From the IMG/VR virus record IMGVR_UViG_3300031088_000603: 64,000 nucleotides of DNA. One strand, given 5' to 3'. A model generated the notes under the pieces. It was not told where the DNA came from and ran no database searches. It saw nothing but the letters and a program-made list of their open reading frames with translations. Made by a program: the position numbers and the translations under genes. Positions 1-10,139 of the stretch are shown one piece after another (position 1 is the stretch's first letter; each line of letters starts with the position of its first letter). Source of the DNA: an uncultured virus (IMG/VR IMGVR_UViG_3300031088_000603) (lineage: Duplodnaviria > Heunggongvirae > Uroviricota > Caudoviricetes).

Positions 1-2
1 TA

Positions 3-722
3 GTCATTTACGCGGGCGACAACTGCTACGCAGCCTTTGCAGAGTCCAAGTCTGGGAAGATCTTCTACCGAGTCTCTGGAAGCGCTCAGACCAAGCAAAT
101 CACTGACTTCAGTGTTAGACCTGCTGGTTATCCTGCAAGCTGTGCATTCCCGTCCTCCGCCTCTGAGGTTGGCGATTCTGCTCAGTTGAACAAGCTGCTT
201 TCTCAGGCAGTGGTCAATGAGAGCAACCTCACTGGCGATCAGCACAAGATCGTTGCCTTGAAGCTCTCTTCCGATAAGGGCTATACTGTTTCCTCTTCGT
301 GGAAGTACGGTTCATCGTTCCAAACGACACTGGGTGGTAGCGAACTTATCTTCAAGGCTCAGGCTGTCAGCTACAGAGCTATCTCACTTCTCGGCTCGGG
401 TGGTGGATGGCTAGACACCACGTCACTCGACACACCCATTCCTGGTAGTGAGCAGTCTAAGGGTCAGTGGTCCACGACAGTAGTTGGTGCGGGCAAGACC
501 TCCATCACTACACCTAATGGAGCCAAGTCGGTCAATGTTGTTCCCACCAGAGACCTAGACCAGTTCGAAGTCAATGGCTACACAGCAGGTACTCCCGGCA
601 ACCCAGTCCTGACCGAAACCATTGGCGACGGCAAGATCTACAAGATGCTCGTTTGGGATAGGGCGCTTACCAGTGATGAGCAGGATGTCATCAACCGCTA
701 CCTTGCATCTACTGCTAAGTAG
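3..722 (+). CDS. 3' part of a gene running in from before the window: pilin-like beta motif followed by a LamG/concanavalin-like C-terminus
   Basis: Frame open from nt 3 (VIYAGDNCYAAFAESKSGKIFYRVS...). Ends IYKMLVWDRALTSDE, a typical LamG-like ending. The SKSG motif resembles ORFs 15302 and 19232. Confidence 0.55.
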   Translation, partial: VIYAGDNCYAAFAESKSGKIFYRVSGSAQTKQITDFSVRPAGYPASCAFPSSASEVGDSAQLNKLLSQAVVNESNLTGDQHKIVALKLSSDKGYTVSSSWKYGSSFQTTLGGSELIFKAQAVSYRAISLLGSGGGWLDTTSLDTPIPGSEQSKGQWSTTVVGAGKTSITTPNGAKSVNVVPTRDLDQFEVNGYTAGTPGNPVLTETIGDGKIYKMLVWDRALTSDEQDVINRYLASTAK

Positions 723-730
723 CCCTCAAC

Positions 731-760
731 TTGACATTTACCGATAGTCATGGATAGGAT
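731..760 (+). promoter_or_regulatory. SigA-like promoter TTGACA-N18-TAGGAT
   Basis: Near-consensus hexamers; the same pattern recurs near 4399, 7859, 37231, 38197 and 43853. Confidence 0.7.
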
Positions 761-766
761 TACCCT

Positions 767-940
767 CATCACTAGTGAGTGTTGACATCTACAGAAGAAC
801 CTCGGTTAGCGCGCTGGATGGTCGGGCGCGACAAAAGTACTGATTGACTTAGGTCACCACTAATTGATACCCGTTGTATGATTTCAGTTCATGCAACGAA
901 CAGAACCCCTCATCGCTTCTACAGGATGAGGGGTTCTGTC
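767..940 (+). ncRNA. candidate small structured RNA
   Basis: Promoter 731-760, several hairpins (TGAC-TTAG-GTCA; CGTTGTATGA..TCATGCAACG), ends at the 14-bp hairpin 901-938; no credible ORF. Confidence 0.4.
901..938. terminator. intrinsic terminator, probably bidirectional
   Basis: CAGAACCCCTCATC / GATGAGGGGTTCTG perfect inverted repeat. Confidence 0.75.
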
Positions 941-957
941 GTCTAGTTGTAGCTGAC

Positions 958-1380
958 TTACTCGAAGTGATGGAACCGAGGGTAGTACCTTACTCCGTAG
1001 TGCTTAGCCACCGGCACAAGCTCTTCATCGATATGGATGATGTCTGCCATGAGGACCGACAGGATTGGCTCGATGGAGAAGTCGTAGAGCGCGAGACGGG
1101 CGATGATGTCGATGTGGTACGCCACCGGATCGTTGTCCGAGTTGGTCATGATTTCGGTTTCGAGATCCGTAGAGCGCACCTCCGGACCCCACTCGTTGTT
1201 GGTGTACTTCCGCACGGAAGCCTGAATCTCCTTGGAGCTACCGGAAACGAGGTAGCCAACGGTGGAGATGAAGCGTGTGCGGTTGTCGTGGAAGTTACCC
1301 TTGTCGAGGTCCGACTCGATAAGGGCGGTGAACGCCGCTGTGACGTTCTGAACGAGGTTCTTCTCGGTGGCGAAGCTCAT
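958..1380 (-). CDS. hypothetical protein
   Basis: ORF with GC-rich third positions; ATGA overlap with the upstream gene. Confidence 0.75.
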   Translation of the reverse strand: MSFATEKNLVQNVTAAFTALIESDLDKGNFHDNRTRFISTVGYLVSGSSKEIQASVRKYTNNEWGPEVRSTDLETEIMTNSDNDPVAYHIDIIARLALYDFSIEPILSVLMADIIHIDEELVPVAKHYGVRYYPRFHHFE

Positions 1381-1781
1381 GCTGCGCTCGTCTCGTCACG
1401 CACAGCGTCATCGAAGTAGAGGACGGTGACGATGAGAAGGTTTCCGAAGTTCTTGAGGTAGGAAGCGACCTCGAAGATGTCGGTGGACGTTGCGATCTCG
1501 TAGGCGTAGCGACCCAGGATGTCGAGCGTGCCGAGGATGTACGGCTCGTCGTCGGTCGGGGTGTAGATGTCCTCGAAGAAGACCTCGGGCTTGTTGATGT
1601 ACGACCCGATGGAGTCGATGACCGGCTCCCCGAAGGAGCGCACCAGGGTCGTGACGCGCTCGCGAAGTTCGGTCGCGTCGATTGCCTCGTTCTGGATGTC
1701 CGTCGCGCACAGGCTGGTGTAGGCATCCTGAACCTTGTTGAACATGTTGAGGCGTTCCTGAGCGGTGTACGTGATGTCCAT
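1377..1781 (-). CDS. hypothetical protein (start MDITYT)
   Basis: SD GAAGGA before ATG at 1781; strong codon bias. Confidence 0.75.
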   Translation of the reverse strand: MDITYTAQERLNMFNKVQDAYTSLCATDIQNEAIDATELRERVTTLVRSFGEPVIDSIGSYINKPEVFFEDIYTPTDDEPYILGTLDILGRYAYEIATSTDIFEVASYLKNFGNLLIVTVLYFDDAVRDETSAA

Positions 1782-1845
1782 TGTCTTTTCCTTCTGAGAG
1801 GTGTTGGGTTTCTTGGTTACCTGTAGCTTATTACAACTTGCGCCG

Positions 1846-2199
1846 TCACGCAACCCTGCCACGGAGAATTCGGGCGAACATCTCGTGGCTGGTCTTGAGG
1901 TAGGCGATGTCACGCTTCAGCGTCGGCATGACATCGATCAGAACCTCGATGGTGTCGGTGTTCTTGATGCGCTCAGCGGAGTTGTCGATGTCGATGACGT
2001 TGCGCTCGAAACCGGGAAGCTGCGAAGGGTTGGTGAAGTAGAGCGAACGCATCTCACCCGAGAGGGAGTAGAACAGCGCGAGGGTGTCAGCGTGCAGCTT
2101 CTCCTTGAACTGGGGAGCGTCGATAGTGGAAGACGCGAGGAGGTCTTCGAAGGTGTCGATGACGTTCTGTGCGAGGTCAAGCTGTTCAATCGTACGCAT
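1846..2199 (-). CDS. hypothetical protein
   Basis: SD AGGGAG; strong codon bias. Confidence 0.75.
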   Translation of the reverse strand: MRTIEQLDLAQNVIDTFEDLLASSTIDAPQFKEKLHADTLALFYSLSGEMRSLYFTNPSQLPGFERNVIDIDNSAERIKNTDTIEVLIDVMPTLKRDIAYLKTSHEMFARILRGRVA

Positions 2200-2320
2200 G
2201 ATGTGCTCCCTGTTCGGTGGGTGAATACTTACAACCTATCACCTAATCTGGTCGATAGCAAGGGCGAATGCTCTAACGTAATGTTCGACTTTGCTGCTTA
2301 GGCAACCTATACTCCGCGAC

Positions 2321-2497
2321 ATGGATAACACAGAACCGAAGCCAGCACCCGAAGTCGTATTGATGGCAAAGCTCCCTCTCGCCATTGACAGGCTCATGGC
2401 AATTGCTAACGCTGCCACTGCTGCATACGGAAAAGACATCTTCATGCTCACTGACCATCCCGATAGCAAGACTCACGTCGTCTTCGCCAGAGACTGA
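2321..2497 (+). CDS. small hypothetical protein, probably leaderless
   Basis: TATACT -10 element 7 nt before ATG. Confidence 0.5.
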   Translation: MDNTEPKPAPEVVLMAKLPLAIDRLMAIANAATAAYGKDIFMLTDHPDSKTHVVFARD

Positions 2498-2574
2498 TTT
2501 CCCATTGTCCGCGCCTAGTGCTATGGTGTAACCAACTACCAGAGTTCCACTCTTCTTACCGAAGGAAGTAACCA

Positions 2575-2850
2575 ATGTCTTCTCACGACTACCGCTCCAT
2601 CGAATCCGTGCCGGTTCAGTTGAACGAGATCGTCAAGAGCCTCAGCACTGAGCGCGGCTTCTACACCTACAGCGCAGAACACCTGTGGCTCGAAGCAGTG
2701 GGCACCTGCACCTACAGCGTCGAGGTCGAACGTCTGGTCATGTCCATCATCGACGACATGTTCACCCCGGGCGTTCGCAAGCAGAAGCTCTCCATCGATC
2801 ACCTCCGTGCCGCTCTCAACGAGTACGTCGGAGAGCTTCAGGCAGCCTGA
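2575..2850 (+). CDS. hypothetical protein
   Basis: SD GAAGGA, codon bias, downstream terminator hairpin. Confidence 0.75.
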   Translation: MSSHDYRSIESVPVQLNEIVKSLSTERGFYTYSAEHLWLEAVGTCTYSVEVERLVMSIIDDMFTPGVRKQKLSIDHLRAALNEYVGELQAA

Positions 2851-2980
2851 GTTATCTCGGTCAGAATCCCCCTTGGAAGAAATTCCTGGGGGGTTCTGCT
2901 TTTGGGGTTGCACGTCGTTCTTACTAGTGATAAATTCTAATTATTCAGTCAGAGAGTCCCTTCCCAACAAGGAGAACATC

Positions 2981-3346
2981 ATGCCCGACACCATCGCTCC
3001 CGTCATCCCCACGCTGCTCGAAGAGATCACCAACAAGATGAACTCCATCATCGAGGAGTACAAGAAGTCCGCGAGGGACATGCTGGTCGTCGCTGAGGGC
3101 GGCAGCATCTCGCTCTTCGGTGAGTACGAGAAGCTCGGTCTCGCCCAGGCTCGTGCACAAGCTGCCTGGCACGTCCTCTACATCCTGGAGGACCGTGCGA
3201 ACACCTGGGGTGTTCAGGAGGCGGTGACCCGTCAGATCATCGGCGCTGCTGGCAACACCGACTACAAGCCCGCCTACTTCGAGGCGTTGCAGGGTGTCAT
3301 CTCCACGCTCGACCGTGAGAAGTTCCGTACGCACCCGCGCGTCTAG
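2981..3346 (+). CDS. hypothetical protein (start MPDTIAP)
   Basis: SD AAGGAG and upstream TTGCAC promoter. Confidence 0.75.
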   Translation: MPDTIAPVIPTLLEEITNKMNSIIEEYKKSARDMLVVAEGGSISLFGEYEKLGLAQARAQAAWHVLYILEDRANTWGVQEAVTRQIIGAAGNTDYKPAYFEALQGVISTLDREKFRTHPRV

Positions 3347-3425
3347 CTCACTTTCCCCATCACCCCGTCACCTTTACCGGAGGCGGGGTGATGGGTCGTT
3401 AAAGGTCTAGCTAGTGGAAGAGAAC

Positions 3426-3572
3426 TTACCTGTTGGTTAGCGTGGTGGGCAGGAGCGGTCTAATCAGTTCGATGTCAGCCCGGTCAATCTCTGGGTTTTC
3501 AACCTCGCCCGCTGCTGACTCGATGCGCTCCCATGCTGCGATCTGCTCTTCGGTTGGTGTCTTGTCAGTCAT
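3426..3572 (-). CDS. 48-aa hypothetical protein (MTDKTPTEEQIAAWERIE...)
   Basis: Manual translation; SD GGAG; below the ORF-track cutoff. Confidence 0.55.
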   Translation of the reverse strand: MTDKTPTEEQIAAWERIESAAGEVENPEIDRADIELIRPLLPTTLTNR

Positions 3573-3694
3573 GTTGCTCCGATTCTCGTTAGGTAGGTGT
3601 AGCTAGGTGATGCTAGTTGTTCTACATCATACTGTCAACCACTTATGACGCTTGGCAATTGCCACCTGACAATGCGAGTGGTAGTATCACAACC

Positions 3695-4381
3695 ATGTCC
3701 CAGAACCCGTTGTTGTATCGCAACAGCCGTAACCGCAACCCCGGTCAAGCTGTCCGCAACGCGGTGCTAGAACGCAGTCGGTGGGGTGTTCCTTTCGAGG
3801 TGGACGAAAAGCTGTCTGGGATGCTATCGGAGACGTTCGAGAGCACAGCAAGACTGTGGACGGACGATAGCGCTGTCCGGGAAGCATGGTCAGTCTTCGA
3901 TGAGCAGGGTGATGTTGTCAGTCTCGAACTCTTCCTGGTCATGATCAGAACGCCATCTAACCTCCCGAATGACGACCGCATCTTCGACGGTATGAGCTAC
4001 AAGAAGCCGGAACTGTTCATCTCGGCGGATATCACCGTGGGCGAAATAGTCTTTGTCATGCAACGCTATGCAAGCATCCTGTGTCACAGCGGGTTCATGC
4101 CTGATGGTCATAGAGGTGGTTCATTCAAGCTGATCGAACAGGACATCAAAGTGGTCCGCGAGATGGTTCCCGAGCGCGAAGCTCTTGCATGGGTGTTGGC
4201 TCTGAGACTGCTCAAATCAGGACACAAGGGACTCACGGATCTAGCTCAACTCGTCATCGACAATGGATATGGATTCGAGGACATTGCGAGAGTGATCAAT
4301 GGCGGCGTGCTGAGTCGAAAGCAGTTTGAGATGGCAGTCCTACACGGTATTGACACTCAACTCATCTTGTCCGTTGCCTGA
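3695..4381 (+). CDS. NDID-tail family protein
   Basis: ITVGEIVFVMQR and ALAW motifs; C-terminus LHGIDTQLILSVA; leaderless start after TAGTAT. Confidence 0.7.
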   Translation: MSQNPLLYRNSRNRNPGQAVRNAVLERSRWGVPFEVDEKLSGMLSETFESTARLWTDDSAVREAWSVFDEQGDVVSLELFLVMIRTPSNLPNDDRIFDGMSYKKPELFISADITVGEIVFVMQRYASILCHSGFMPDGHRGGSFKLIEQDIKVVREMVPEREALAWVLALRLLKSGHKGLTDLAQLVIDNGYGFEDIARVINGGVLSRKQFEMAVLHGIDTQLILSVA

Positions 4382-4453
4382 GACGAACTGCTGCTCAGTT
4401 GACAGCAACATCTCTCAACGATAGGGTTTGAGTAATCAGATGAAAGCGGAGCG

Positions 4454-4879
4454 ATGGCTAAGACGGTAGAGCTTGAAGAAGGTCGTTACCGCGTGCCAAT
4501 GAGCGTTCTGAGTGAGTTCGTCGAATCGCCCTTCGAGTGGTGTCCGTGGGACTGTCCTTTGTTCACTGAGGCTGAGGTTCGAGAGCTTCCCGAAGACATG
4601 TCGTGTGACGTACCTTACGACGACCAGACCAACGTTCGAGACATGGTTGTAGGGCAGTCTTCCTATCACATCGCTCGCATAGCCTACCTTGTCCGTCATC
4701 AGACAGTGCTCGATGAGTACGACTACCCGGTGTTCTCGACCGACAATGCTCAGAGAGGTCTACACGCCCTTCTTGACGGTAACCACCGGTACGGCGCAGC
4801 AATCATCCGTGGCGATGAGTTCTTCATTGTCGATATCGATGGTGATATTGACTATGCACGCGAACTTTTCGATGTCTAA
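4454..4879 (+). CDS. ParB/Srx-like domain protein
   Basis: LLDGNHRYGAAIIRG motif. Confidence 0.65.
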   Translation: MAKTVELEEGRYRVPMSVLSEFVESPFEWCPWDCPLFTEAEVRELPEDMSCDVPYDDQTNVRDMVVGQSSYHIARIAYLVRHQTVLDEYDYPVFSTDNAQRGLHALLDGNHRYGAAIIRGDEFFIVDIDGDIDYARELFDV

Positions 4880-4960
4880 TATCGGTTGGGTGCCTACAAA
4901 ATCCTGAATGCGGTAGATAACCGACTACGATAGTCGTACACCGCACAGAAAGAGGATGGC

Positions 4961-5221
4961 ATGTCGCTACCAAACACATTTGTTCCCGAGTACATCGGCA
5001 AGGTTGTCGAGGTCACCGTCACCAAGCACATCAGTAACGGCACGAAGACATCGAAGTACTTCGGTCTTCTTTTGGGTTACAACGAAGAGTACTCTTCTGC
5101 CAAGGGCAAAGACATCGATGGACTATTCTTTGTGATCAAAGGCTTTGCAGATCCCATCGCAGCTACTAGCTTCGATGGAGCATCGTCCTACGAAGTGAGC
5201 CTAGCTACCAAGTCTAGCTAA
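4961..5221 (+). CDS. hypothetical protein
   Basis: SD GAGGA; ORF. Confidence 0.7.
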   Translation: MSLPNTFVPEYIGKVVEVTVTKHISNGTKTSKYFGLLLGYNEEYSSAKGKDIDGLFFVIKGFADPIAATSFDGASSYEVSLATKSS

Positions 5222-5287
5222 ACCGTCCCAGTTCTTCATACACGAACGCCCCTGTCATGTTCCGACAGGGGCGTTCGTGTTTTGCTC

Positions 5288-5689
5288 TTAGAGGTCGAAG
5301 CTGCCTCGGGCGTTGTCGAGGATGTCGCCGTCGATGTTGTAGACGTGGTTGAGGAAGATGTCTGCGACCTCTTCGAAGCTCTCTTCCTCGTCGTCCTCGT
5401 CGTGGGTGCCGGTGGCGGTCGCGATGGAGCGGAGGCTTGCGGAGTAGTTTCCGTCCTCGCTCCAGTCGAAGTTGAACTCGATGGACGTGGCGGCGGGGTA
5501 GGTCTCCTTGATGTCCTTGAGCATGTTCTGGATTGCCTGCTCGTTCTGGAGGTAGTTGAAGACCTCAGCGATGGCGGTGATGTCACGCGCACCCTCGGAG
5601 GCGGGGTCGGAGTTGTAGGCGACCAGGGCGTTCTTGACGCGGATGGCGAACTCGGCGGGGGCTTCGGTGGCGATGCTGCTGACGCTCAT
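5288..5689 (-). CDS. acidic hypothetical protein
   Basis: SD AGGAG; strong codon bias; terminator near 5242-5280. Confidence 0.75.
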   Translation of the reverse strand: MSVSSIATEAPAEFAIRVKNALVAYNSDPASEGARDITAIAEVFNYLQNEQAIQNMLKDIKETYPAATSIEFNFDWSEDGNYSASLRSIATATGTHDEDDEEESFEEVADIFLNHVYNIDGDILDNARGSFDL

Positions 5690-5856
5690 TGTGTACTCCT
5701 GAGTTATGTATGTGTTGTCGTTGTGAGTACCAATCTAGTCTGATTGGATGAGTCCTGTCAAGTTAGAATCTAAGTTTTTCGAGAAGCCTTCTGTCTTGAC
5801 ATCTAGACAGTGGTTGGTTAGTGTTGACGTACAACTACGTGTAATGGAGGACTACG

Positions 5857-6630
5857 GTGGCTATCAAGTTTACTGAATCGGGCATCACCATCTACCGTGG
5901 TGTCGCGTATCGCGAGGGTTTTGTATCTCGCCTTCGTGACATGCTGCATTACCAGCACAAGAAGAACATTGTTGCTATCCTCGTCTCCTTTGCGATCTTC
6001 GTGGGACTGAGTGTCGCATTCGTTGGTGCGGTTGTTTCCGAACAGCATGAACTCATCATTCTGGCGTTGTTCATGGCGGTTGTAATAGCCCTCCTTGTCA
6101 TGCTGATGAGGATACAAAGGGGATTTGAGAAGATTGGCAGTCGGTGGGAATCTCACATCGCCAATTGGTTTTTCTTTGCCGGTGAGTACGACAACATCCC
6201 TCTTCGGTGGATGAACCAGTGGGACGCTCTTCCTAACCGAGATGCTGCCGAAGAAGCAATCAAGGATCGGGTTGCGCACTGGGAACGTAATGAAGTGCTT
6301 GTCAAACTCATGGCTACATCAGCGTGGGATGTTCAGCGCAGCTACTACGGGGTGTTGGCTAAGTTAATGGATGCCTACTCGAAGACCGTTTCTAGAACGG
6401 TCATGGGAATGAACCTTCGGTATGAATCCAGACCCGCAGCATGGCTTGCGCTATTCATCGAAGAAACGCTACCTGTTGAGCAGTGGGACAATGATGGTAT
6501 CGATATCTACGAGGCTTTGAACCACCACCTCAGTGGAACCAAAGCAGAGGTTATCGCCCATGCAGTCGAGAACGATATCGACCCCGGACTCATGGATTCC
6601 CTACAGGGTCTTCAAGCGGTCAAGAACTAG
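5857..6630 (+). CDS. NDID-tail family membrane protein (2 TM)
   Basis: Two hydrophobic helices; C-terminus AVENDIDPGLMDSLQ. Confidence 0.75.
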   Translation: MAIKFTESGITIYRGVAYREGFVSRLRDMLHYQHKKNIVAILVSFAIFVGLSVAFVGAVVSEQHELIILALFMAVVIALLVMLMRIQRGFEKIGSRWESHIANWFFFAGEYDNIPLRWMNQWDALPNRDAAEEAIKDRVAHWERNEVLVKLMATSAWDVQRSYYGVLAKLMDAYSKTVSRTVMGMNLRYESRPAAWLALFIEETLPVEQWDNDGIDIYEALNHHLSGTKAEVIAHAVENDIDPGLMDSLQGLQAVKN

Positions 6631-6700
6631 CCTCAAACTGGCTGTTGCAAAGCCACTTCCTTTCAGGTAGTCTATTACTACCAATACCGAAGGAGACATC

Positions 6701-7201
6701 ATGATGCTGTTCGCCACCAGTGCGCCCGCCAACGTCTACCCCATCGCCGCTCTCGTCACCCTTGCAGTCCTTGCGCTCGTCGCGGCTGTGATCATCAAGC
6801 AGCGCAACCAGAAGTCGATCATCGAAGATGCCGTGGTAGCGTTCCCCAAGCGCAACGTGCTGCTCATTGATGACCTTCGGAACTTCCGCGAGACCCCGAA
6901 GGACGCGAACGTGGTCATCGCTCGCACGTCGGCTGAGGCTCTGATCGAGCTTGAGAAGGATGTCGCGTGGGATGAGATCTGGTTCGACCACGACCTCGGT
7001 GAGCCGAATGGTGTTCTCGACACCACCATGCCAGTGGTGGACTTCCTGTCCGAGCGGGCGTACTTCGACAACCCTGTGTTTGTCAACCGAGTCATCGTTC
7101 ACACCTCGAACAGCGTGGGTCGTGACCAGATCACGCAGAGCCTCCGTCACTACGGCTACTCCGTCAGTGTCGTGGATGCAAAGACGTTCTTCATCGTCTA
7201 G
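6701..7201 (+). CDS. membrane-anchored cyclic-phosphate-processing receiver (cREC-like) domain protein
   Basis: VLLIDDLR..ARTSAEAL..DEIWFDHDLG..IVHTSNSVG motifs, with an N-terminal TM. Confidence 0.7.
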   Translation: MMLFATSAPANVYPIAALVTLAVLALVAAVIIKQRNQKSIIEDAVVAFPKRNVLLIDDLRNFRETPKDANVVIARTSAEALIELEKDVAWDEIWFDHDLGEPNGVLDTTMPVVDFLSERAYFDNPVFVNRVIVHTSNSVGRDQITQSLRHYGYSVSVVDAKTFFIV

Positions 7202-7288
7202 CTGGCACTTGTGCAGTATCAAGTGAGGTAGTACCATTTCAGTGCTGCCTCGCTTGGTTGTTAAGCGATACCTAACGGAAGATAACCT

Positions 7289-7846
7289 ATGAACAGTCCA
7301 GCATTGTGGAACCCAATCACTTCTGATATCAGTGAATCAGACATCGCAAAGGGTATTGCGGTTGCTCTCGTCTCCATTGGTATTGCCTTTGTTGTTGCTC
7401 TGGTGTGCCTCGTTATCCGCCTGTACCGATATCGTCAGTACAGTAGAGGTATCACCAGCACAGATCCCAGCGGCGCATCCTCGCCGTTCAAGTGGAAACT
7501 ACTTGGTCCTGGCAAATCTTTCATTGGGGTCATCTTCGGGGTTGTGTCGATTGCCTCTATTTTCGCCGTGGGCGTGCCATTGGCACTGAGTCAATCTGGA
7601 GGCAATTTCAACAAAGATTTCGCCTCACTACAGCAGTTTGTTGAGACCAACTATGGTGTGACGCTATCGGATGAGTCAGCCAAAAGTCTCTTTAGGACGT
7701 ATGGACCCAATAACCAGTACTCAACCATTGTCATTGAGCAGAAGGGTGTTGACGTACGTCTTGATGACATACAGACAACAGATGGCGAGACCGGTTACCT
7801 TCTGGTAGATACGGATGGTCAGCCTCTACCCCAGAACGCTCGATAA
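7289..7846 (+). CDS. membrane protein (2 TM plus soluble domain)
   Basis: Hydrophobic segments; FVETNYGVTL resembles ORFs 49590 and 50199. Confidence 0.7.
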   Translation: MNSPALWNPITSDISESDIAKGIAVALVSIGIAFVVALVCLVIRLYRYRQYSRGITSTDPSGASSPFKWKLLGPGKSFIGVIFGVVSIASIFAVGVPLALSQSGGNFNKDFASLQQFVETNYGVTLSDESAKSLFRTYGPNNQYSTIVIEQKGVDVRLDDIQTTDGETGYLLVDTDGQPLPQNAR

Positions 7847-7909
7847 AACTCATCTGCATTGACAGCTTTGCGAACTTACGATAGGATTTGACTACATCTA
7901 ACGAGAGGG

Positions 7910-8626
7910 GTGCACACTGTGGCTAAGTACCAGGGCTTTGAATGGCGCTCTCAGCTTGCTGGATGGGACAACCGTATCTGGGAGGCTCCCATACCGCTCT
8001 CGAATGAGGTCAAGAAAATCAGCGGTCGCACCCTCAAGTCCGTGAGCCACTTCCACCCCCGAACTCATCGACAGGTGATTCTGAAGAAGGCTCTTGACAC
8101 CCCCAATGTGGTCTCTTTGTCCTCGCTCACTCTCGCAACTACCCAGGACAAGGATTGGGTGGTAGAGACCCTAGTCGGTTCATCTACTGACAGGATTGTC
8201 ACCGTAGGCGAACTTGCTCACACTGTCGCTCGTTTCCCCGCTGTCTTCAGGAACGATAGCGAGTACCCGGACGTGCTTCATGGAGAAGCAGATGGAAATG
8301 GTTCATTCGAGGGTGAGGCGACCGTTCGTGACTTCTACCGTAGATTCCTTGCTGAAATCAGGACCGAGATCTGCCCCGAGGACAAGGACTCTGCTCTGAG
8401 TCACTTGCTGCGGTTCGCGCGGTTCTATCGTGTCGGTCAGCACGAGAATTTGGGTAGCAAGACGGTTGCTACCGTGAAGATGCATGCTGAGTTCGGTCTG
8501 ACTTTCGACGACATGATTCGATACAACAAGCTTGGCTTTGCCACGCCCGAGTCGATTGCGGAAATCAAGAATCAGGACATCGACGAAAGCATCCTAGTAC
8601 GACTCTTGGAGGATTCACATGCTTGA
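7910..8626 (+). CDS. NDID-tail family protein
   Basis: VTVGELAHTVARFP; C-terminus NQDIDESILVRLL. Confidence 0.75.
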   Translation: MHTVAKYQGFEWRSQLAGWDNRIWEAPIPLSNEVKKISGRTLKSVSHFHPRTHRQVILKKALDTPNVVSLSSLTLATTQDKDWVVETLVGSSTDRIVTVGELAHTVARFPAVFRNDSEYPDVLHGEADGNGSFEGEATVRDFYRRFLAEIRTEICPEDKDSALSHLLRFARFYRVGQHENLGSKTVATVKMHAEFGLTFDDMIRYNKLGFATPESIAEIKNQDIDESILVRLLEDSHA

Positions 8627-9587
8627 CTTTGAACAGACCGAATGGAATGCGCCCATGCCCATTTCGAAGTCTCTCATCATGCGCGGAAACGATTTGGTGT
8701 CCGACCTCGACCAGAATCACCTCCTGGCATTGAGCGATGAGTGCCCCGCTGTTCCTGAGATCTCCGAAGAAGACCGTGCAACGATGATTGATGGGTACGA
8801 CTACTCTGATGTCAAAAACGAACTCGTCATCTCTCCCAACCTCGCCCACTACGCCACTCCGAACTCCTTCCGGTTCGACTCTACCTGGCTCAAGTGCGTC
8901 AGGACACGCGCGCCGTATGAACGACTCATGGCTTCTAAGGTGTATGCCAACACTCGCATGGACAAGAACGAAAATGCCATCCGATACGAGTATGACTTCC
9001 TGCAATTGTTCCTCAACTACGGCGATGATGCATTCAGCTTTATTCACGCGCTGTCGCCTGATGTCATTGCTCCGGCTGAGACGCTGTGGTCGCTTCCCGA
9101 AACCGATGAACTGACTCCGTTTAGGCTGTCCGTCGCCATTCGCAATGCGACAACCGACAGCAAGATTGCGAGCAGCCACTCGACTCTTATGGATGCTTTC
9201 GGAGACAGTCTTGCCGACCTCCGCATCTCCGAACTTGCTTTTGTCATCGCTCGATTCCCCAACGTTTTGACGCATAACAGCACCATCGACATCTTCTCCG
9301 AGATGGAGGGTATCTTCGAAGACAATATCGATGAAGGTCGCAAGCACCTCGGTGATGAAGCGTTCGCCTGGCTGATTGCGCTGATGAACAACGACTACCA
9401 CTTCGTCACAAATCTGGACAAATACGACATCCCTCGGTGGTTCGAGGTGCTTGCTGAGCATCAGGTGTCTTTCGATGAAGGCGTTCAGTACCTCTATGAC
9501 GGTTGCTTCAATCCTGAAGTCATTGTCGGCTTGCTGAACAACGATATCGACGATGCGCTGTTTAGTCAGATGCGAGACGTGGCATGA
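8619..9587 (+). CDS. NDID-tail family protein
   Basis: RISELAFVIARFP and AFAW; C-terminus LLNNDIDDALFSQM. Confidence 0.75.
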   Translation: MLDFEQTEWNAPMPISKSLIMRGNDLVSDLDQNHLLALSDECPAVPEISEEDRATMIDGYDYSDVKNELVISPNLAHYATPNSFRFDSTWLKCVRTRAPYERLMASKVYANTRMDKNENAIRYEYDFLQLFLNYGDDAFSFIHALSPDVIAPAETLWSLPETDELTPFRLSVAIRNATTDSKIASSHSTLMDAFGDSLADLRISELAFVIARFPNVLTHNSTIDIFSEMEGIFEDNIDEGRKHLGDEAFAWLIALMNNDYHFVTNLDKYDIPRWFEVLAEHQVSFDEGVQYLYDGCFNPEVIVGLLNNDIDDALFSQMRDVA

Positions 9588-10108
9588 GTGGGCATTTTGG
9601 TGCTAAGCCTTGGTCTGATGAGGTGATTGAAAAGGCTGACCATCCTGTACCTCGTCCTCGGACCATCAAGCAGCGTCAGCCGTATGGTGACATCATCACG
9701 ATGGAGCAGATTACGCTTGGTAACTCCTATCTCGCCACCATCAGGGTTCTCGCTGAGCAGACTGATGTGACTGTAGGTGAGGTCGCATTCGCACTCAGCC
9801 GTGACGACAGCATCCTTAAGGGAATTGGCAAGCCAGGTCATATCCCTTCGGGGTTCCCCAACTACCTCAAGAACATCAGGTTGTATAGCCGACCGTATGA
9901 GGGTCTTGCTCTTGCCTCATTCTTCTTCGGTATCCCAGTTCATGCGGCTCACGAGTTGGTGGAGATGGCAGCAAGCAAAGGTGAGGGTTACGATGAAATC
10001 GCTGCCGTTGTCGCCAGGATTGGATACAGCTACAGAAAGAGGCTGGTTGCGGCAATCGGTCATGATGTGGATGTCGAGTTGCTGGGTCATCTCAGAGGCG
10101 CAGCTTGA
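9584..10108 (+). CDS. NDID-tail family protein
   Basis: VTVGEVAFALSR; C-terminus IGHDVDVELLGHL. Confidence 0.7.
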   Translation: MSGHFGAKPWSDEVIEKADHPVPRPRTIKQRQPYGDIITMEQITLGNSYLATIRVLAEQTDVTVGEVAFALSRDDSILKGIGKPGHIPSGFPNYLKNIRLYSRPYEGLALASFFFGIPVHAAHELVEMAASKGEGYDEIAAVVARIGYSYRKRLVAAIGHDVDVELLGHLRGAA

Positions 10109-10139
10109 CGTTCTATAGATTGTTTCGTATCATGGGAGT

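Noticed and set aside
958..2199. Three adjacent minus-strand genes as a paralogue family
   Set aside because: Only faint N-terminal helix similarity (NLVQNVTAAF / NMFNKVQDAY / DLAQNVIDTF); not supportable without profile comparison.
874..2301. Long + strand ORFs 874-1419 and 1801-2301, and similar antisense ORFs (5282, 6620, 8565, 14588, 20860, 34121, 36374, 55973, 56881, 61341)
   Set aside because: Shadow frames of GC3-biased genes on the opposite strand; no SD, and V/D/L-rich composition typical of antisense reading.
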